Assembly (NCBI GenBank): GCA_963702845.1
Contig: OY969763.1
Span: 4,032,001-4,096,000, forward strand
DNA: 64,000 nt
Origin: an uncultured Verrucomicrobiae bacterium
GTDB lineage: Bacteria; Verrucomicrobiota; Verrucomicrobiia; Limisphaerales; Palsa-1400
Reading direction: 5' to 3'
The notes under the pieces were generated by a model. That model did no database searches. It worked only from the letters and a program-made list of their open reading frames with translations, and had not been told where the DNA came from. Both the position numbers and the translations under genes were made by a program. Positions 10,763 through 22,900 of this stretch are shown here, in pieces; position 1 is the stretch's first letter; each line of letters opens with the position of its first letter.

Positions 10763-13090
10763 TCACTGCATCGCGCGTGCGATGGAATTAAACCACAGGT
10801 CGTGCAACTCGATCGTATTCCATTTCAGTTCAGCACCAACTGTTTTGATGGCCAGTTCGTCGCCGCCAACAGTTCCTAATTTCATCGCGGCAATACCGAG
10901 GATTTTTGCGCGCTCCAAAACTTTCGGAACATTCAACGGGGAAACCGAAACCACAATACGTCCTTGCGATTCGCCGAATAACAGCGCGTCCAGGCGGTTT
11001 ACGTTGGCCAAACTTAAATCAATTTGTGCGCCGATGAGCCGCGGAGTTTCGCGGGCAATCTGTTGCGATATACACGATTCGGCAAGCGCGACTGCCAGCC
11101 CACCGTCACTGCAATCATGTGCGCTCTTGACGATGCCGCTTTCGATGAAGCCGCGCAACGCGTTGTGGACAGCGCGTTCCTTTTCCATATCGCAACGCGG
11201 CGGCGTGCCGGTCTTTAAATGGTGCACCGTTTGTAAATAGGCCGAACCGCCGAGACCAAGTAGCGAGTCATTACCATCAGCGATCTCGCCTAACAGAATG
11301 ACGATATCACCTTCGTCTTTGAACCATTGCGTGGTGATGTATTCCGGTTTTTCGATTTGTCCGACCACAGCGACGGTCGGCGTAGGATCGATAGGACCGT
11401 TTGGACTTTGATTATAAAGGCTGCAATTGCCGCCGGTCACCGGCGCATTGAAAAAACGGCATGCATCAGCGACACCACGCACCGATTCCTTAAGCTGCCA
11501 AAACAGTTCAGGATTATGCGGGTTGGCGAAATTTAAATTGTCGGTCGAGCCGAGCGCCACCGCGCCGGAGCAAGCCAGATTGCGAATGGCTTCGGCAACG
11601 GCGAGTTTTCCACCTTCGTAGGGATCAAGATAAACGTAAGTCGCGTTGCAATCGACTGTGAGAGCAATCAACTTTTCCTTCGTCGATTTGCTCTCGCCAT
11701 TGTTCGGCACGGAATCTTCTTTGATGCGAATGACGGCGGCGTCTGATCCAGGGCAAACGATCGAACCATCGCGAACCATGTGGTCATATTGCCGATAGAC
11801 CCAGTTTTTCGAAGCAATGGTTGGCCAGGCAACCAGTTGTTTCAGTGCAGCCACGGCGTCAGAACAATCAGGCACGTTGCTCAAAGTGAACTCGCGGACT
11901 TGTTTCAAGTATGCAGGTTCAATCGCATCGCGGTAATAGATCGGCGCTTCATCCGCAAGTTTCCTCGCTGGAATATTCGCAACGATATCGCCATTGAACT
12001 TCACCACCATGTTCCCGGTGTCAGTCACTTCGCCAATCTGTGCCCAAGGCAAATCCCATTTGTCGAAAATCCGTTTTACTTCCTCTTCGCGCCCCTTCTT
12101 AACGATGATCAGCATGCGCTCTTGCGATTCGCTGAGCATGATTTCGTACGGCGTCATGTTCGGCCCGCGTTGCGGCACTTTGTTCAACTCGATTTCGATG
12201 CCCGTGCCCGCGCGTGCTGCGGTTTCGCAGGTCGAACAAGTCAGCCCGGCTGCGCCCATATCTTGAATCCCGGCGACAGCGTCAGTCGCAAGCAATTCGA
12301 GGCAAGCTTCGCAAACCAGTTTCTCCATAAATGGATCACCGACTTGCACCGCACCGCGCTGTTGTTCGGCGGATTCTTGCGTGAGGTCTTGCGACGCAAA
12401 CGCAGCGCCTGCCAGGCCATCACGACCCGTTGCAGGGCCAACGTAGAAAACTGGATTGCCGATGCCTTCAGCCTTGCCGCGCGCGATCTGGTCGTGGCGC
12501 AGAACCCCGAGGCAAAATGCGTTCACCAGCGGATTGCCTTCGTACGACTTATCAAAATAGACCTCGCCCGCCACCGTCGGAATCCCAAAGCAATTGCCAT
12601 AGTGCGCAATTCCCGCGACAACTCCGTTGAACAAACGTCGATTGTTCACGACCTGAGAATTATCGCCAGAACCGTTCGTGGTGATTGGTCCAAACCGCAA
12701 CGAATTCAATGCGCAAATTGGCCGCGCGCCCATCGTGAAAATATCGCGGATGATTCCACCCACACCGGTTGCCGCGCCTTGAAATGGTTCAACCGCACTC
12801 GGATGATTGTGCGATTCGATTTTGAAAGCGATCGCGAGATTGTCGCCGATATCGATGATGCCCGCGTTCTCCTCACCTGCCCCAACGAGAATTTTAGGCG
12901 ACTTGGTGGGAAATGTTTTGAGGAGCGGCCGCGTATTCTTATAAGAACAGTGCTCGCTCCACATCACTGAAAAAATTCCAAGCTCGGTGTAAGTGGGATC
13001 GCGTCCGAGAATGCCTTTCAGCCTTTCAAATTCCTCGGGCGTGAGGTTGTGCTTTTTAACTAGCTCGGGTGTAATCGCGTTCTGGGTCAT
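10763..13090 (-). CDS. purL: Phosphoribosylformylglycinamidine synthase subunit PurL
   Basis: [44 protein letters not shown]. Confidence 0.98.
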   Translation of the reverse strand: MTQNAITPELVKKHNLTPEEFERLKGILGRDPTYTELGIFSVMWSEHCSYKNTRPLLKTFPTKSPKILVGAGEENAGIIDIGDNLAIAFKIESHNHPSAVEPFQGAATGVGGIIRDIFTMGARPICALNSLRFGPITTNGSGDNSQVVNNRRLFNGVVAGIAHYGNCFGIPTVAGEVYFDKSYEGNPLVNAFCLGVLRHDQIARGKAEGIGNPVFYVGPATGRDGLAGAAFASQDLTQESAEQQRGAVQVGDPFMEKLVCEACLELLATDAVAGIQDMGAAGLTCSTCETAARAGTGIEIELNKVPQRGPNMTPYEIMLSESQERMLIIVKKGREEEVKRIFDKWDLPWAQIGEVTDTGNMVVKFNGDIVANIPARKLADEAPIYYRDAIEPAYLKQVREFTLSNVPDCSDAVAALKQLVAWPTIASKNWVYRQYDHMVRDGSIVCPGSDAAVIRIKEDSVPNNGESKSTKEKLIALTVDCNATYVYLDPYEGGKLAVAEAIRNLACSGAVALGSTDNLNFANPHNPELFWQLKESVRGVADACRFFNAPVTGGNCSLYNQSPNGPIDPTPTVAVVGQIEKPEYITTQWFKDEGDIVILLGEIADGNDSLLGLGGSAYLQTVHHLKTGTPPRCDMEKERAVHNALRGFIESGIVKSAHDCSDGGLAVALAESCISQQIARETPRLIGAQIDLSLANVNRLDALLFGESQGRIVVSVSPLNVPKVLERAKILGIAAMKLGTVGGDELAIKTVGAELKWNTIELHDLWFNSIARAMQ

Positions 13091-13091
13091 T

Positions 13092-13805
13092 CTAGGCGGC
13101 TTTCGCGAGAGAACGATTTTGCAACGATTGAATCAGGCTTTCAAAAACAACCTTGCCATCCGCACAACCCAACAACACCTCGCTGGCGCGTTCGGGATGC
13201 GGCATGAGACCAGCCACATTTCGCGCTTCATTGCAAATACCCGCGATGTTCAGCAACGAACCATTGGGGTTTGCCGCTTCGGTCAACTCTCCATTCGCCG
13301 TGCAGTATTGCCACAAAATCTGCCGATTCGTCTGCAACTTGCTCAATGTGGCATCATCAGCGAAATAACATCCTTCACCATGCGCGATCGGAACCCGCAG
13401 AATTTTGGCTTCAGGAATTTTGTTGGTAAAAGGCGAATCGGAGGTGGCCGTTTTGATAAAAACATTTTCGCAACGGAATTGAAGCGAACGGTTGCGAATC
13501 AACGCGCCGGGGAGCAATCCGGCCTCGCACAAAATCTGGAACCCATTGCAAACACCCAACACCGCTCCGCCATTCGCAGCGAATTGCTGCACTGCTTGCA
13601 TAATTGGGCTGAACCGCGCGATCGCGCCGGTGCGTAGATAATCGCCGTAGCTGAACCCGCCCGGAATCACGACGGCATCAATCCCGGCCAACGAATTCTC
13701 CTTATGCCAAATCAGGCGCGCAGAATGGCCGAGCACATTTTTTAAAACGTGCACCGCATCCTGGTCGCAGTTCGACGCCGGAAATTGTAAAACAGCAAAA
13801 TTCAT
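13092..13805 (-). CDS. purQ: Phosphoribosylformylglycinamidine synthase subunit PurQ
   Basis: [31 protein letters not shown]. Confidence 0.98.
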   Translation of the reverse strand: MNFAVLQFPASNCDQDAVHVLKNVLGHSARLIWHKENSLAGIDAVVIPGGFSYGDYLRTGAIARFSPIMQAVQQFAANGGAVLGVCNGFQILCEAGLLPGALIRNRSLQFRCENVFIKTATSDSPFTNKIPEAKILRVPIAHGEGCYFADDATLSKLQTNRQILWQYCTANGELTEAANPNGSLLNIAGICNEARNVAGLMPHPERASEVLLGCADGKVVFESLIQSLQNRSLAKAA

Positions 13806-13807
13806 TT

Positions 13808-13900
13808 TGTGTCAGTCGTCAGTGGTCAACGGTCAGTTGTAAGAACCAAAAACAGACGGGAAAGTAATGCAACAACTGACTCCTGACAACTGACCGCGAA
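13808..13900. repeat. Heptamer-repeat imperfect palindrome (GTCAGTT/AACTGAC family)
   Basis: gtcagtcgtcagtggtcaacggtcagttg ... caactgactcctgacaactgacc between purS and purQ. Confidence 0.6.
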
Positions 13901-13904
13901 CCAA

Positions 13905-14145
13905 CTACTCAATCTCGAAACGGTAATCCTCGATCACCGGATTGCTCAAAATCTTGTGGCACGCATCGTCAATCTGTTTGCGCCACGCTTCCTTATCGTC
14001 GCCGGCAAGTTCGATCTCCAGGGTACTTGCCGACATGCACCGCGCCGATGCCCTTGTAACCCATGTGTTCCAGCGCGCTCGCGACGGTCTTGCCCTGCGG
14101 ATCGAGCACGGCCTTTTTCGGTGTCACAATGATTTTGGCTTTCAC
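13905..14145 (-). CDS. purS: PurS, with one extra base (~14021-14023, GGG run), probably a sequencing error
   Basis: GTG-KAKIIVTPKKAVLDPQGKTV...GKY in one frame, LSNPVIEDYRFEIE* in another; directly upstream of purQ-purL. Confidence 0.92.
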
Positions 14146-14290
14146 TCGGGCGCGATGTTGAGCGAACCAACGCGCGCACGCCAGTTTTTTCCGCGCTCGC
14201 GAGCACAAACAGAGCGCCGCTTGAAAACAGTCGCTTCAGCCCAATTCGGACTTGCGAATGAATTCATTCTTACCGACCCTAGTCTCATTC

Positions 14291-15305
14291 ATGGCTAAAA
14301 AAGCCCTTATCACAGGAATTACGGGACAGGACGGGTCGTATCTCGCTGAGTTGTTGCTCGCTAAAGGCTATGAAGTGCATGGCATCATCCGCCGCGCCAG
14401 CACTTTCAACACCGGCCGCCTCGACCCTATTTACGCCGACCCGCACTCGGGCCAGAGCCGTTTGTTCCTGCACTACGGTGATCTCGCCGATGCCAGCGCG
14501 CTCGCGCGTTTGCTCGGAAAAATCAATCCGGAAGAAATCTACAACCTCGCCGCCCAAAGCCATGTGCGCGTGAGTTTCGATTCGCCCGAATACACCACCG
14601 ACATCACCGCGACCGGTACCGTGCGCCTGCTCGAAGCCATCCGCGAAGCCGGTTTGCGTCCGCGCTTTTATCAGGCGTCGTCGAGCGAAATGTACGGCAA
14701 GGTTTTGGAAGTTCCGCAAAAGGAAACGACGCCGTTCTATCCACGCAGTCCTTACGGTTGCGCCAAAGTGTATTCCTTTTGGATCACGGTGAATTACCGC
14801 GAATCCTACGGCATGCACGCCAGCAACGGGATTTTGTTCAACCACGAATCTCCACGCCGCGGCGAGACATTCGTCACCCGCAAAATCACCCGCGCCGTCG
14901 CGCACATCAAAGCTGGCCTGCAACAGAAGCTTTATCTCGGCAACCTCGACGCAAAACGCGACTGGGGTTATGCGAAGGAATACGTTGAAGCCATGTGGCT
15001 GATGCTCCAGCGGGACCAGCCCGACGATTACGTCATTGCCACCGGCGAAACGCATTCCATCCGCGAATTTCTGGACATCGCTTTCGGTCACGTCGGATCT
15101 CGATTGGAAAAAATATGTGGAAATCGATCCACGTTACTATCGACCGACCGAAGTCGACTTGTTGATTGGTGATTACAGCAAGGCAAAGAAGCAACTGGGT
15201 TGGGAACCAAAGACGCGTTTTGAGGAACTGGCCAAACTGATGGTCGATGCCGACGTGCAATTGCTCAAAGACCATCGCGAAGGCCGCATCAAAGTCGCGC
15301 AATAA
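14291..15305 (+). CDS. gmd: GDP-mannose 4,6-dehydratase, frameshift near 15095
   Basis: [37 protein letters not shown]-terminus [16 protein letters not shown] lies in ORF 15036-15305. Confidence 0.95.
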
Positions 15306-15368
15306 TTTTCAGGTTCTTGCTTCGAATTTACGCTTTTATCAGCGCGTGTAAGCGTTCATCTTGACGCC

Positions 15369-16653
15369 ATGCCCATGCTCGTGTCCAAAGGCCGTGACGG
15401 AGCGCAAATCCAATTGAAGCCGGGCATCAACCGTCTTGGGCGCAATGCCTCGAACGACTTTCAGGTCCAGGACACTTCCATTTCCGGCACGCACTGCGAA
15501 GTAATTGTGGAAGACGACACGGTGCGCGTGCGTGATCTCGGATTCGACCAACGGCACGTTTGTCGATGAGTTCCGTGTCCGCGAATCTTTCCTGCGCGAA
15601 GGCCAAACAGTCCGGCTGGGCTCGTGCGCGTTTTGCTTCCTTCCAAATACCACTCACGCGCCAACCACCGTGCGCCTGAGACAGCCGGCACCACCCGAAC
15701 CTCCGTCTGCGTCCGCGGAAAGCCTCCCACTGCCGCCCGTTGCACCGGGTGTTAAGACCTGCGCGAATCACGAATCTCGTGCGGCGGCGTTCGTATGCAA
15801 AAAATGCGGTGGGAACTTCTGCGATTCTTGTATCAACGAGCAAATCATCGCGCATCGCAAACTGCGGTTTTGTCGCGCCTGCGGCGAAGAGTGCATTTCG
15901 ATGCGTGAAGCTGCGCCTCAAGCGAAACGCGCACAAACGTTCTTTGAAATGTTACCGCAAGCGTTCCTGTATCCGTTGAAGCGCGACGGTTTGATCATGC
16001 TCGTTTCAGGAACGGTGTTCTTCGGCTTTTTGGACGCGATCGTTGGCGGGCCTCACATGGGTGGATTTTTCGTCGGCGCAAACGTGTTGATTGTGCAATT
16101 GTTCGCGCTCGGTTACCTGATCGCCTACATGAAAGCGATTGTGGCCGTTTCGGCTTACGGCGACGAGCACATGCCGAAGTGGCCGGACTTCGGTGAGTTC
16201 TACGACGACATCCTCCATCCCATCCTGCTCATGGGAACATGTCTCCTGCTCTGTTTTGCTCCGGTGTTAGCATACATGTATTACGTCGACTACGACCTGC
16301 CCGGCTGGGAACAGCTTGGGTTCGTCGCGTTGATCGTCCTCGGTTGCGCCGCATTGCCGATGTGCATGCTCGCGACGTTCCTGCACGAAACAGTTTTCGC
16401 ACTCAACCCGCTGGTGCTGGTCGTAACGGTTTTTCGGGTGCCGGCCGAATACATGGTCGCCTGCGTTGTGCTCGGGTTATTGGTTGGGCTTCGATTCCTC
16501 AGCGGCTACGTCACTGCGCTGGCTCACGTCATCCCCGTGCTTCCACAGGTTCTCGATGGGTTCATTTCGTTATATTTGGTGTCAGTTGAGATGCGCGTCA
16601 TCGGTTTGATCTTCTATACGAAGCGAAAACAACTCGGCTGGGCGATGTCGTAG
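15369..16653 (+). CDS. FHA domain + Cys-rich B-box-like zinc finger + multi-TM membrane protein; frameshift near 15543
   Basis: FHA motifs LGRN..N, SISGTHC, DLG/STNGTF split across two frames; CANH..CKKCGGNFCDSC..CRAC; several TM segments. Confidence 0.8.
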
Positions 16654-16730
16654 GGTCGTGTTTTCCCCGCGTTGGAAAACCAACCCTGTACGCTCTGGAA
16701 GGAACAGCAACGTTGGCCCAAGGTGTCGCC

Positions 16731-16817
16731 ATGAGTACTGCCAGTTATATTTTATTGGCTTGTGGTGTTGTGCTGTTAGTCGTGGCCATGATCATGAAGC
16801 GCACAAGGACGACCTGA
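16731..16817 (+). CDS. Putative 28-aa small membrane protein (MSTASYILLACGVVLLVVAMIMKRTRTT)
   Basis: ATG...TGA ORF in an intergenic gap; single hydrophobic helix followed by a basic tail; below the ORF-track length cutoff. Confidence 0.5.
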   Translation: MSTASYILLACGVVLLVVAMIMKRTRTT

Positions 16818-16907
16818 GTCATCGCGCCCGCCAGTTGGGCAAAGCGGGCAGCGCCCGGTTATATTTGCTGCTCGCCGCGATCTGCTCTTGTTAGTCGTTG
16901 TGTTCCG

Positions 16908-17300
16908 TCAGGAATTCAAAACTTTCAATGCCTTCTTGGCATCGGACACGCGGCAGATTAACAAGCCTTTCTTCGCGTCGGGTGGCGTGGCGCAGTAGGC
17001 GTATTCGATATTGATTTTAGCATCGCCCAATTTCCGCGAGAGTTTGGCCAAGGTACCGGGGCTGTTGTCGCCGGTGATCATTATCACGTCGTCTTCGACA
17101 ACAAGCGTTCCATGCTCCTCGAAAACGTAGATCGCCTTGTCGGGGTCGCTCACGACCATGCGGATGACGGCGTGATCGACGGTGTCGCTGGTCGAGATCG
17201 CGTAGATATTGATGTTCGCGGCTGAGAGCGCGTCACAGACACGCGCCAGCATGCCCGGGCGATTATCGAGAAAAAGAGCCAGTTGTTTTGTGATTTGCAT
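16908..17300 (-). CDS. ACT domain-containing protein (tandem ACT)
   Basis: QLALFLDNRPGMLA, NIEYAY. Confidence 0.9.
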   Translation of the reverse strand: MQITKQLALFLDNRPGMLARVCDALSAANINIYAISTSDTVDHAVIRMVVSDPDKAIYVFEEHGTLVVEDDVIMITGDNSPGTLAKLSRKLGDAKINIEYAYCATPPDAKKGLLICRVSDAKKALKVLNS

Positions 17301-17386
17301 AGCGCGAGTCCAACTCAAAAACAGTTGGACTCTACTACGCTAGTTTTCACACTCGCACTTGTCAAACGCACGGAACCGCGCGCGGC

Positions 17387-18565
17387 TTATTGCCCTGGCT
17401 TCAATACAATCTTGATGCACTCGTCTTCGTGGTCGCGAAACATCTTGTAGCCTTCGGCGGCATCGGTCAGCGGCATGGTGTGGGTAATGACGAAGCTGGG
17501 ATCGATGTCACCTTTTTTGATCCGATCGAGCAGCGGACGGAGATAACGCTGCACGTGAGTTTGACCGGTCCTGATCGTAAGCGAACGGTTCATGATTGAA
17601 CCTAAAGGGATTTTGTCGACGAAACCGCCGTAGACGCCCGGGACGGAAACAGTGCCGCCGTTGCGACAGGCCATTATGCACTCGCGGAACGCGGCGGGCC
17701 GATCCGTTTCCAACCGCATAGCTTGCTTGATGCGGTCATATGTCCCGAGCAATCCATGGCCGCTGGCTTCCATGCCGACGGCGTCAATAGTGGCGTCCGG
17801 ACCGCGTCCCCCGGTCATTTCGTTGAGCACTTCGAGTACGCTATCCACTTCGAGACGATTGATGATTTCCGCCCCGCCCTCGTCTCTGGCCATTTCGAGG
17901 CGTTCAGGAATTTCGTCAATGGCGATGACGCGTCCGGCGCCGAGCAGCCACGCGCTCTTGATCGTGAACTGGCCAACCGGGCCGCAACCCCAGATGGCAA
18001 TCGTGTCGCCCGGCTGAATGTTGCATTGCTCGGCCGCCATATAACCGGTCGGGAAAATGTCGGAAAGGAACAGCACTTGTTCGTCGGTCAGGCCGTCTTC
18101 AATTTTGATCGGGCCGACATCGGCAAAAGGCACGCGCGCGAATTCCGCCTGACCACCAGCGTAACCACCGGTCATGTGAGAATAGCCGAAAATTCCGCAG
18201 GGCGAATGGCCCCACATTTTTTCAGCGATCGATGCGTTCGGGTTCGAATTTTCGCAGAGCGAAAACATCTGGCGATCGCAGAAGTAACAATTACCGCAGG
18301 CAATCGGGAATGGCACGACGACGCGGTCGCCGACTTTCAGGTTGTTGACGCCTTTGCCGGTTTCGACCACTTCACCCATGAATTCGTGCCCGAGAATGTC
18401 GCCCTTTTCCATCGTCGGCACATAGCCGTCGAAGAGATGGAGGTCCGAACCGCAAATGGCGGTCGAACTGATCTTCACGATGCAATCGCGCGGGTTCAGG
18501 ATTTTGGGATCTGGAACGTCCATCACCTGCACTTCACCGACGCCACACCAACAATTTGCTTTCAT
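17387..18565 (-). CDS. Zinc-dependent alcohol dehydrogenase (glutathione-dependent formaldehyde dehydrogenase-like)
   Basis: [39 protein letters not shown]. Confidence 0.93.
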   Translation of the reverse strand: MKANCWCGVGEVQVMDVPDPKILNPRDCIVKISSTAICGSDLHLFDGYVPTMEKGDILGHEFMGEVVETGKGVNNLKVGDRVVVPFPIACGNCYFCDRQMFSLCENSNPNASIAEKMWGHSPCGIFGYSHMTGGYAGGQAEFARVPFADVGPIKIEDGLTDEQVLFLSDIFPTGYMAAEQCNIQPGDTIAIWGCGPVGQFTIKSAWLLGAGRVIAIDEIPERLEMARDEGGAEIINRLEVDSVLEVLNEMTGGRGPDATIDAVGMEASGHGLLGTYDRIKQAMRLETDRPAAFRECIMACRNGGTVSVPGVYGGFVDKIPLGSIMNRSLTIRTGQTHVQRYLRPLLDRIKKGDIDPSFVITHTMPLTDAAEGYKMFRDHEDECIKIVLKPGQ

Positions 18566-18580
18566 ATAAAACGGTTCCTT

Positions 18581-19474
18581 TTACGCATTGGCCATGCGGC
18601 GGATTTGTTTTTCGTATTTCGTCGCGCTAGTGGCACGACCGGCGGATTGACCTTCGGTCGTCGGAATCTCGCCTGTTTCCATCAGTTGTTTGAAGCGACG
18701 CAAGTCGTCTTTAACACTTTGCTCAGGTGCTTCGCCGAACAGTTTGGCAATGATCGCGCCCATCGCGCCCGCTGGCGGAACGTAACCGAGTTCGACCTGA
18801 ACAATAGTTTCTTTGCCATTTTGCACAGGTTCGAATCTAATCGTGCCCCAGTTGTCGACATCAGCACCGGGCAAGGATTGCCAGACGATGAGATGATTTG
18901 GCTGGTCGTCGACGATCTCGGCGTCCCACTTAACGGTCCTACCGGCTGGACCTTTGGCTACCCAACTGGATCGGGTGCCCCCGGTGACCTGCACAGATTC
19001 GAGATGATACATGAAGTTGGGCAGGTTTTCGAAATTACGCCAGAATTGATAGAGTTCCTGAGGCGATTTGCGAATCGTGACACTGCGACGGACACTGCGC
19101 GTCGCTCCCGCTTCTTCTTCGGAAAGTTGCATGCTGCAAAGAATATCCGCGACGGTGACACCGAGAACGGCGGCCGTGGCGAAAGTGAGTTTGCTCTTGT
19201 TGTTGCGCTCGGTTGCAAGACCCGTGCCGAGCGAGACAATGGAAAGTATGTCGCCCACGACACGTGACCACACCCATGGACTCAATTTCTTTTCATTAGC
19301 GGTGAGCAGACCGATGCCGGCGGTGAGTTCGCGCAATCCATAGCTGCGAGTCAGGCCGTTGTGGTTCTTTCTTACGCCGATCGCTTTTTCGAGTCTGCGG
19401 GGAGCAAGCAGTTCCGCCACCCCCAAACCGACACTAAACCACCCCAAAGCGCGCGCGAGATCTTGTTGTTTCAT
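18581..19474 (-). CDS. SRPBCC (polyketide cyclase/dehydrase) family protein
   Basis: LARALGWFSVGLG, FWRNFENLPNFM, DLRRFKQLMETGE; commonly paired with the neighbouring ADH. Confidence 0.9.
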   Translation of the reverse strand: MKQQDLARALGWFSVGLGVAELLAPRRLEKAIGVRKNHNGLTRSYGLRELTAGIGLLTANEKKLSPWVWSRVVGDILSIVSLGTGLATERNNKSKLTFATAAVLGVTVADILCSMQLSEEEAGATRSVRRSVTIRKSPQELYQFWRNFENLPNFMYHLESVQVTGGTRSSWVAKGPAGRTVKWDAEIVDDQPNHLIVWQSLPGADVDNWGTIRFEPVQNGKETIVQVELGYVPPAGAMGAIIAKLFGEAPEQSVKDDLRRFKQLMETGEIPTTEGQSAGRATSATKYEKQIRRMANA

Positions 19475-19864
19475 GAAAATCCTTTCAAAAACAACTCGCG
19501 CCGTTCCGCGAAGTTTCCAGAGTGGCGAACGCCTTTTTTGACTGTGGTATTTGCCCTTAATAAAGCCAAATTCGGACGCACGGGAGGAGAGATGACTCAT
19601 TTGTTCTCACCTTCGTAAGTTCTTTTATTTCTGATTTCAGATCTGAGGTGCTTCGCCTCGCGCGAGACGCAACCATCAGGCGAGATGGATTGTGTGCGGA
19701 AGTAGCTAATCTGTCAAAAAATGTAGGGAAAGGAGGGAAAGAAACAGCACTTTTTCTGCACTATTTTTAGTCACCAAGGCACAAAGGTCGCTAAGAGAAA
19801 TGCGACCACAGAAGCACAGATATCTACAACCGGCAAAGAACGCATGCTCGGTAAGTTACACGGC

Positions 19865-19901
19865 AAAAAAAATCCCGCCCTCTCGAAAAAAGGGCGGGAT
19901 T
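19865..19901 (-). terminator. Rho-independent terminator after the LamG/Ig gene
   Basis: AATCCCGCCCT-loop-AGGGCGGGATT followed by a T8 run on the minus strand. Confidence 0.8.
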
Positions 19902-19924
19902 GTGATCAACTACTTAGTTGCAAA

Positions 19925-22900
19925 TCAAGGGCTACATCTGCCCAGGTAAGATGCGTTGTAGATGGCGCTGATTTCAATGGCCGAAAGCGCGCGGTTGTAG
20001 AATGCAACTTCGTCCAGACTGCCGTTAAAGGGCCGGGTTCCATCGCAACACTCGCAGATGCTTCGTCCCATCTGGAAGCTGGTGTTGTTGTTGACGTTGA
20101 CAACAGTGCGCGTGGTCATGTTTGTGATGCTGAAGGCGTCCACGTAAAGGGACACGGACAGCCCAGAGCGAACTACCGCCACGTGATGCCATTGGCCATC
20201 ATTAACGGCTATGCCGAGAATGGGGTAATTGGTGCAGGCAACAGTGTTGTTTGTGGGGCCTCCAGCAAACATCTCAAACCCGATGACTCCCGGGTAGTCG
20301 CCCACGCCGTTGCGTCCGATTCGAATGCTCCAACCGGGGATGCAAGCATCACATTCTTGCCATTTCTCCATGAGTGCCATGATGTTATTATTGGTCGTTT
20401 TAACCCAACATTCGACCGTGAAGTTGTTCGTTCCAAAATTCGCCGCATTTGTTCCGAACGTAAGCGAACCACTGCTGGTTCCATCGAATTGGATGGCGGT
20501 GTTGACCTTGCCTGGGGCATAGGTCACTGAACTGGCCGTTCCGTCGTAGTTGCTGACCGAGTCTACTACGTTGCTTTCGAATTTCCACCAATCGAGCAAA
20601 CTGGCATCGGCAAGATTGGTAGCGCATATTGGCGAGTCCAGGACTGTCAGAACACCCGCCGGGGTGCTGGTTGCCGGGGTACAGATGTTGGCAGCCTGCA
20701 CGGCATACGAACCGGCATCGGTGTCGGCGACGCTAGCAATGGTATAGTTAGTGAGGTTGACGCCAATGGCGAGGACGTTGGTGGCGCTGGCAGTGGTCTG
20801 GATCCAAGAGTACGTGATGGGACTCGTGCCTGTTGCACTCGCAGAGAACCGAACGTGATTGCCCAAAAGGACCGTTTGGGATTGCGGACCAACGAGGATG
20901 GATGGCGACGTGACGGCTCTCAGTACCCTGGACGCGCTTGTGTCATTGCCCCAATTGTTGGTTATAACGACAGTGTAGCTGCCGGCTGAGTTAGTGGTGA
21001 ACCACGACGCCGTCGCACCGGAAATTGCGGTCCCATTGCGCTTCCATTGATAAGACATCGTGTCAGTCGTAGAAGGGGATTCCGATATGGTCACGAAGTT
21101 CGTCACGTCACAGATATTTGTGGATGAGAAGTCGATAGCTGCGGAAGTTGCCCTGACGCGGACATATGCGACGGCGCTGGTCACGATGCCGCTACTCGGG
21201 TAAAGATACGAAATGGAGTTTGTAACGATGACGCGAAAGCCGACGTTAGACAAAGTTGAATCGACGTTTGTGCTGGCGATGGTCAGGGTTTTGTTGGTCA
21301 CTCCAACGTCGACGAAGTTTGTTGGGTTGGCGACAGTGTTGGACTGCCAGCGATAGGCCAATTTGTTGGTCGTGCCGGTAACGGTAATTGTGAGCGTGGC
21401 AGTGGTGTGCCAATCGTTGGTTACACTGTTAGGGCCGGTGATTTGCGGCGGAGTCGAGAGCGTTGCGGTGGTGCTGGTGATCGTACCGCCGTGATTGGTG
21501 ATGACAACCGAGTAAGAATCGGCATTAGCGCCTTGAACGCCTAACAGCGTAAAGTTCGTTGTGGTGGTGCCGACGTATTGGCCGCCATCGGTGATCGTGT
21601 TGCCGTTGTCACGCCACCTGTAGGCCAAAGGGTTACCGCCGACAGTGACGGAGAAGTTCACGTTGGCGCCGATGGGAGCAGTGATGCTGACGGGGTTGTT
21701 ACTCATGAACGGACCGAAGTCGAGGTAGGCTTCGGAACTCGGGTACTGAATTGCAGTTATTGGAAACAACCACCGAGTATGTGCCAAGATCGGTAGTCGT
21801 AAGGGGACTCAGCAAGGTCAGGCTGCTGTTGGTTGCGCCTACGATATGTGATGGTGTATTGGTCAAATTGGCATTATTACGGGACCATTGATAAATCAAT
21901 GGACCCGTGCCGAGGTTGGTTACGCTAAACACCGGGCTTGAAGTGGTCCAAGCTTTTTGAGGCGATTTAGGCTGTCCGGTTATGGATATATCGGCACAGC
22001 ATATTCCATTCGTGCCCGCTGCATAGATCGCGAAGATTTCGTTGGAGGTGAGAGCGTGATCGTGAATGGCAATCTCGTCCAAGCCACCCCAGAAATCTCC
22101 ATATCCTTCCCCGCCCCCGACGTCCTGGGCAATTCGAAATGTGCTGCTGTTGTTTACATTCAGCGGATAATCATCAGAGGCCCAGATTACATCCGATACG
22201 TCCAACCAGCCGTCGACGTAGATAAGATTCCGTACAGGCCGGAACGCACGAAGGCAAAGTGATGCCACATGCCGTCGTCAATTGGCGTATATCCCCACAT
22301 CTCGTCCCAGTCGGTAGCGGCGACGCCTCCCTGAGTAGTGGTGCCCTGCTGAGTCATGTAAGGTAATCCATACCAAATGCCCACCTCCCACATGGGATTT
22401 CCTGCATTCCATGCATTCGCGCTCTCTTTTTGTATGAGCGTACCCTGGGTATAGCCCAAGTCATTCGCATAGGTATCCTGCATCTGAACCCACATGGAGA
22501 CTGTAAAATCGTTGGTTTTGAAATTACCGAACGTCGTGCCGGCAGTGAGCACGCTGTTGGTTGTGGCGTTGAATGAAAAAGCCTGTCCGACTATTCCATT
22601 GGTGTACGTTACGGCGCTTTTCACTGTCGCATTATTACCGCCTGCGTGATCAAGCCCATTGTTTTCACCTTGCCACCAAGCGAGAAGGCCACTGTCAGCA
22701 GTAGCACAGTGAGAAGAGCCGGCGGTCAACACGAAATCAACTTCAGTCGCACCGTAGGGGCTGTAGACGACAAGGGAATAGCTGCCAGCATCGGACTCCG
22801 TAAAGTATGGAATGGTAAGAACGTTGGATGTCGCAACGTGATTGCCCAACCACCCGAAGCCGTCTTGCCCGTAGAAAGCCCAGGAGTAGGTGAACGGGCC

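Noticed and set aside
11780..12970. 396-aa plus-strand ORF
   Set aside because: Antisense shadow of purL; the same applies to long shadow ORFs such as 17723-19267, 34435-35826, 36590-37723 and 41680-42642.
14010..14030. Programmed frameshifting in purS or gmd
   Set aside because: No slippery heptamer or stimulatory structure was seen, and similar indels occur throughout the window.
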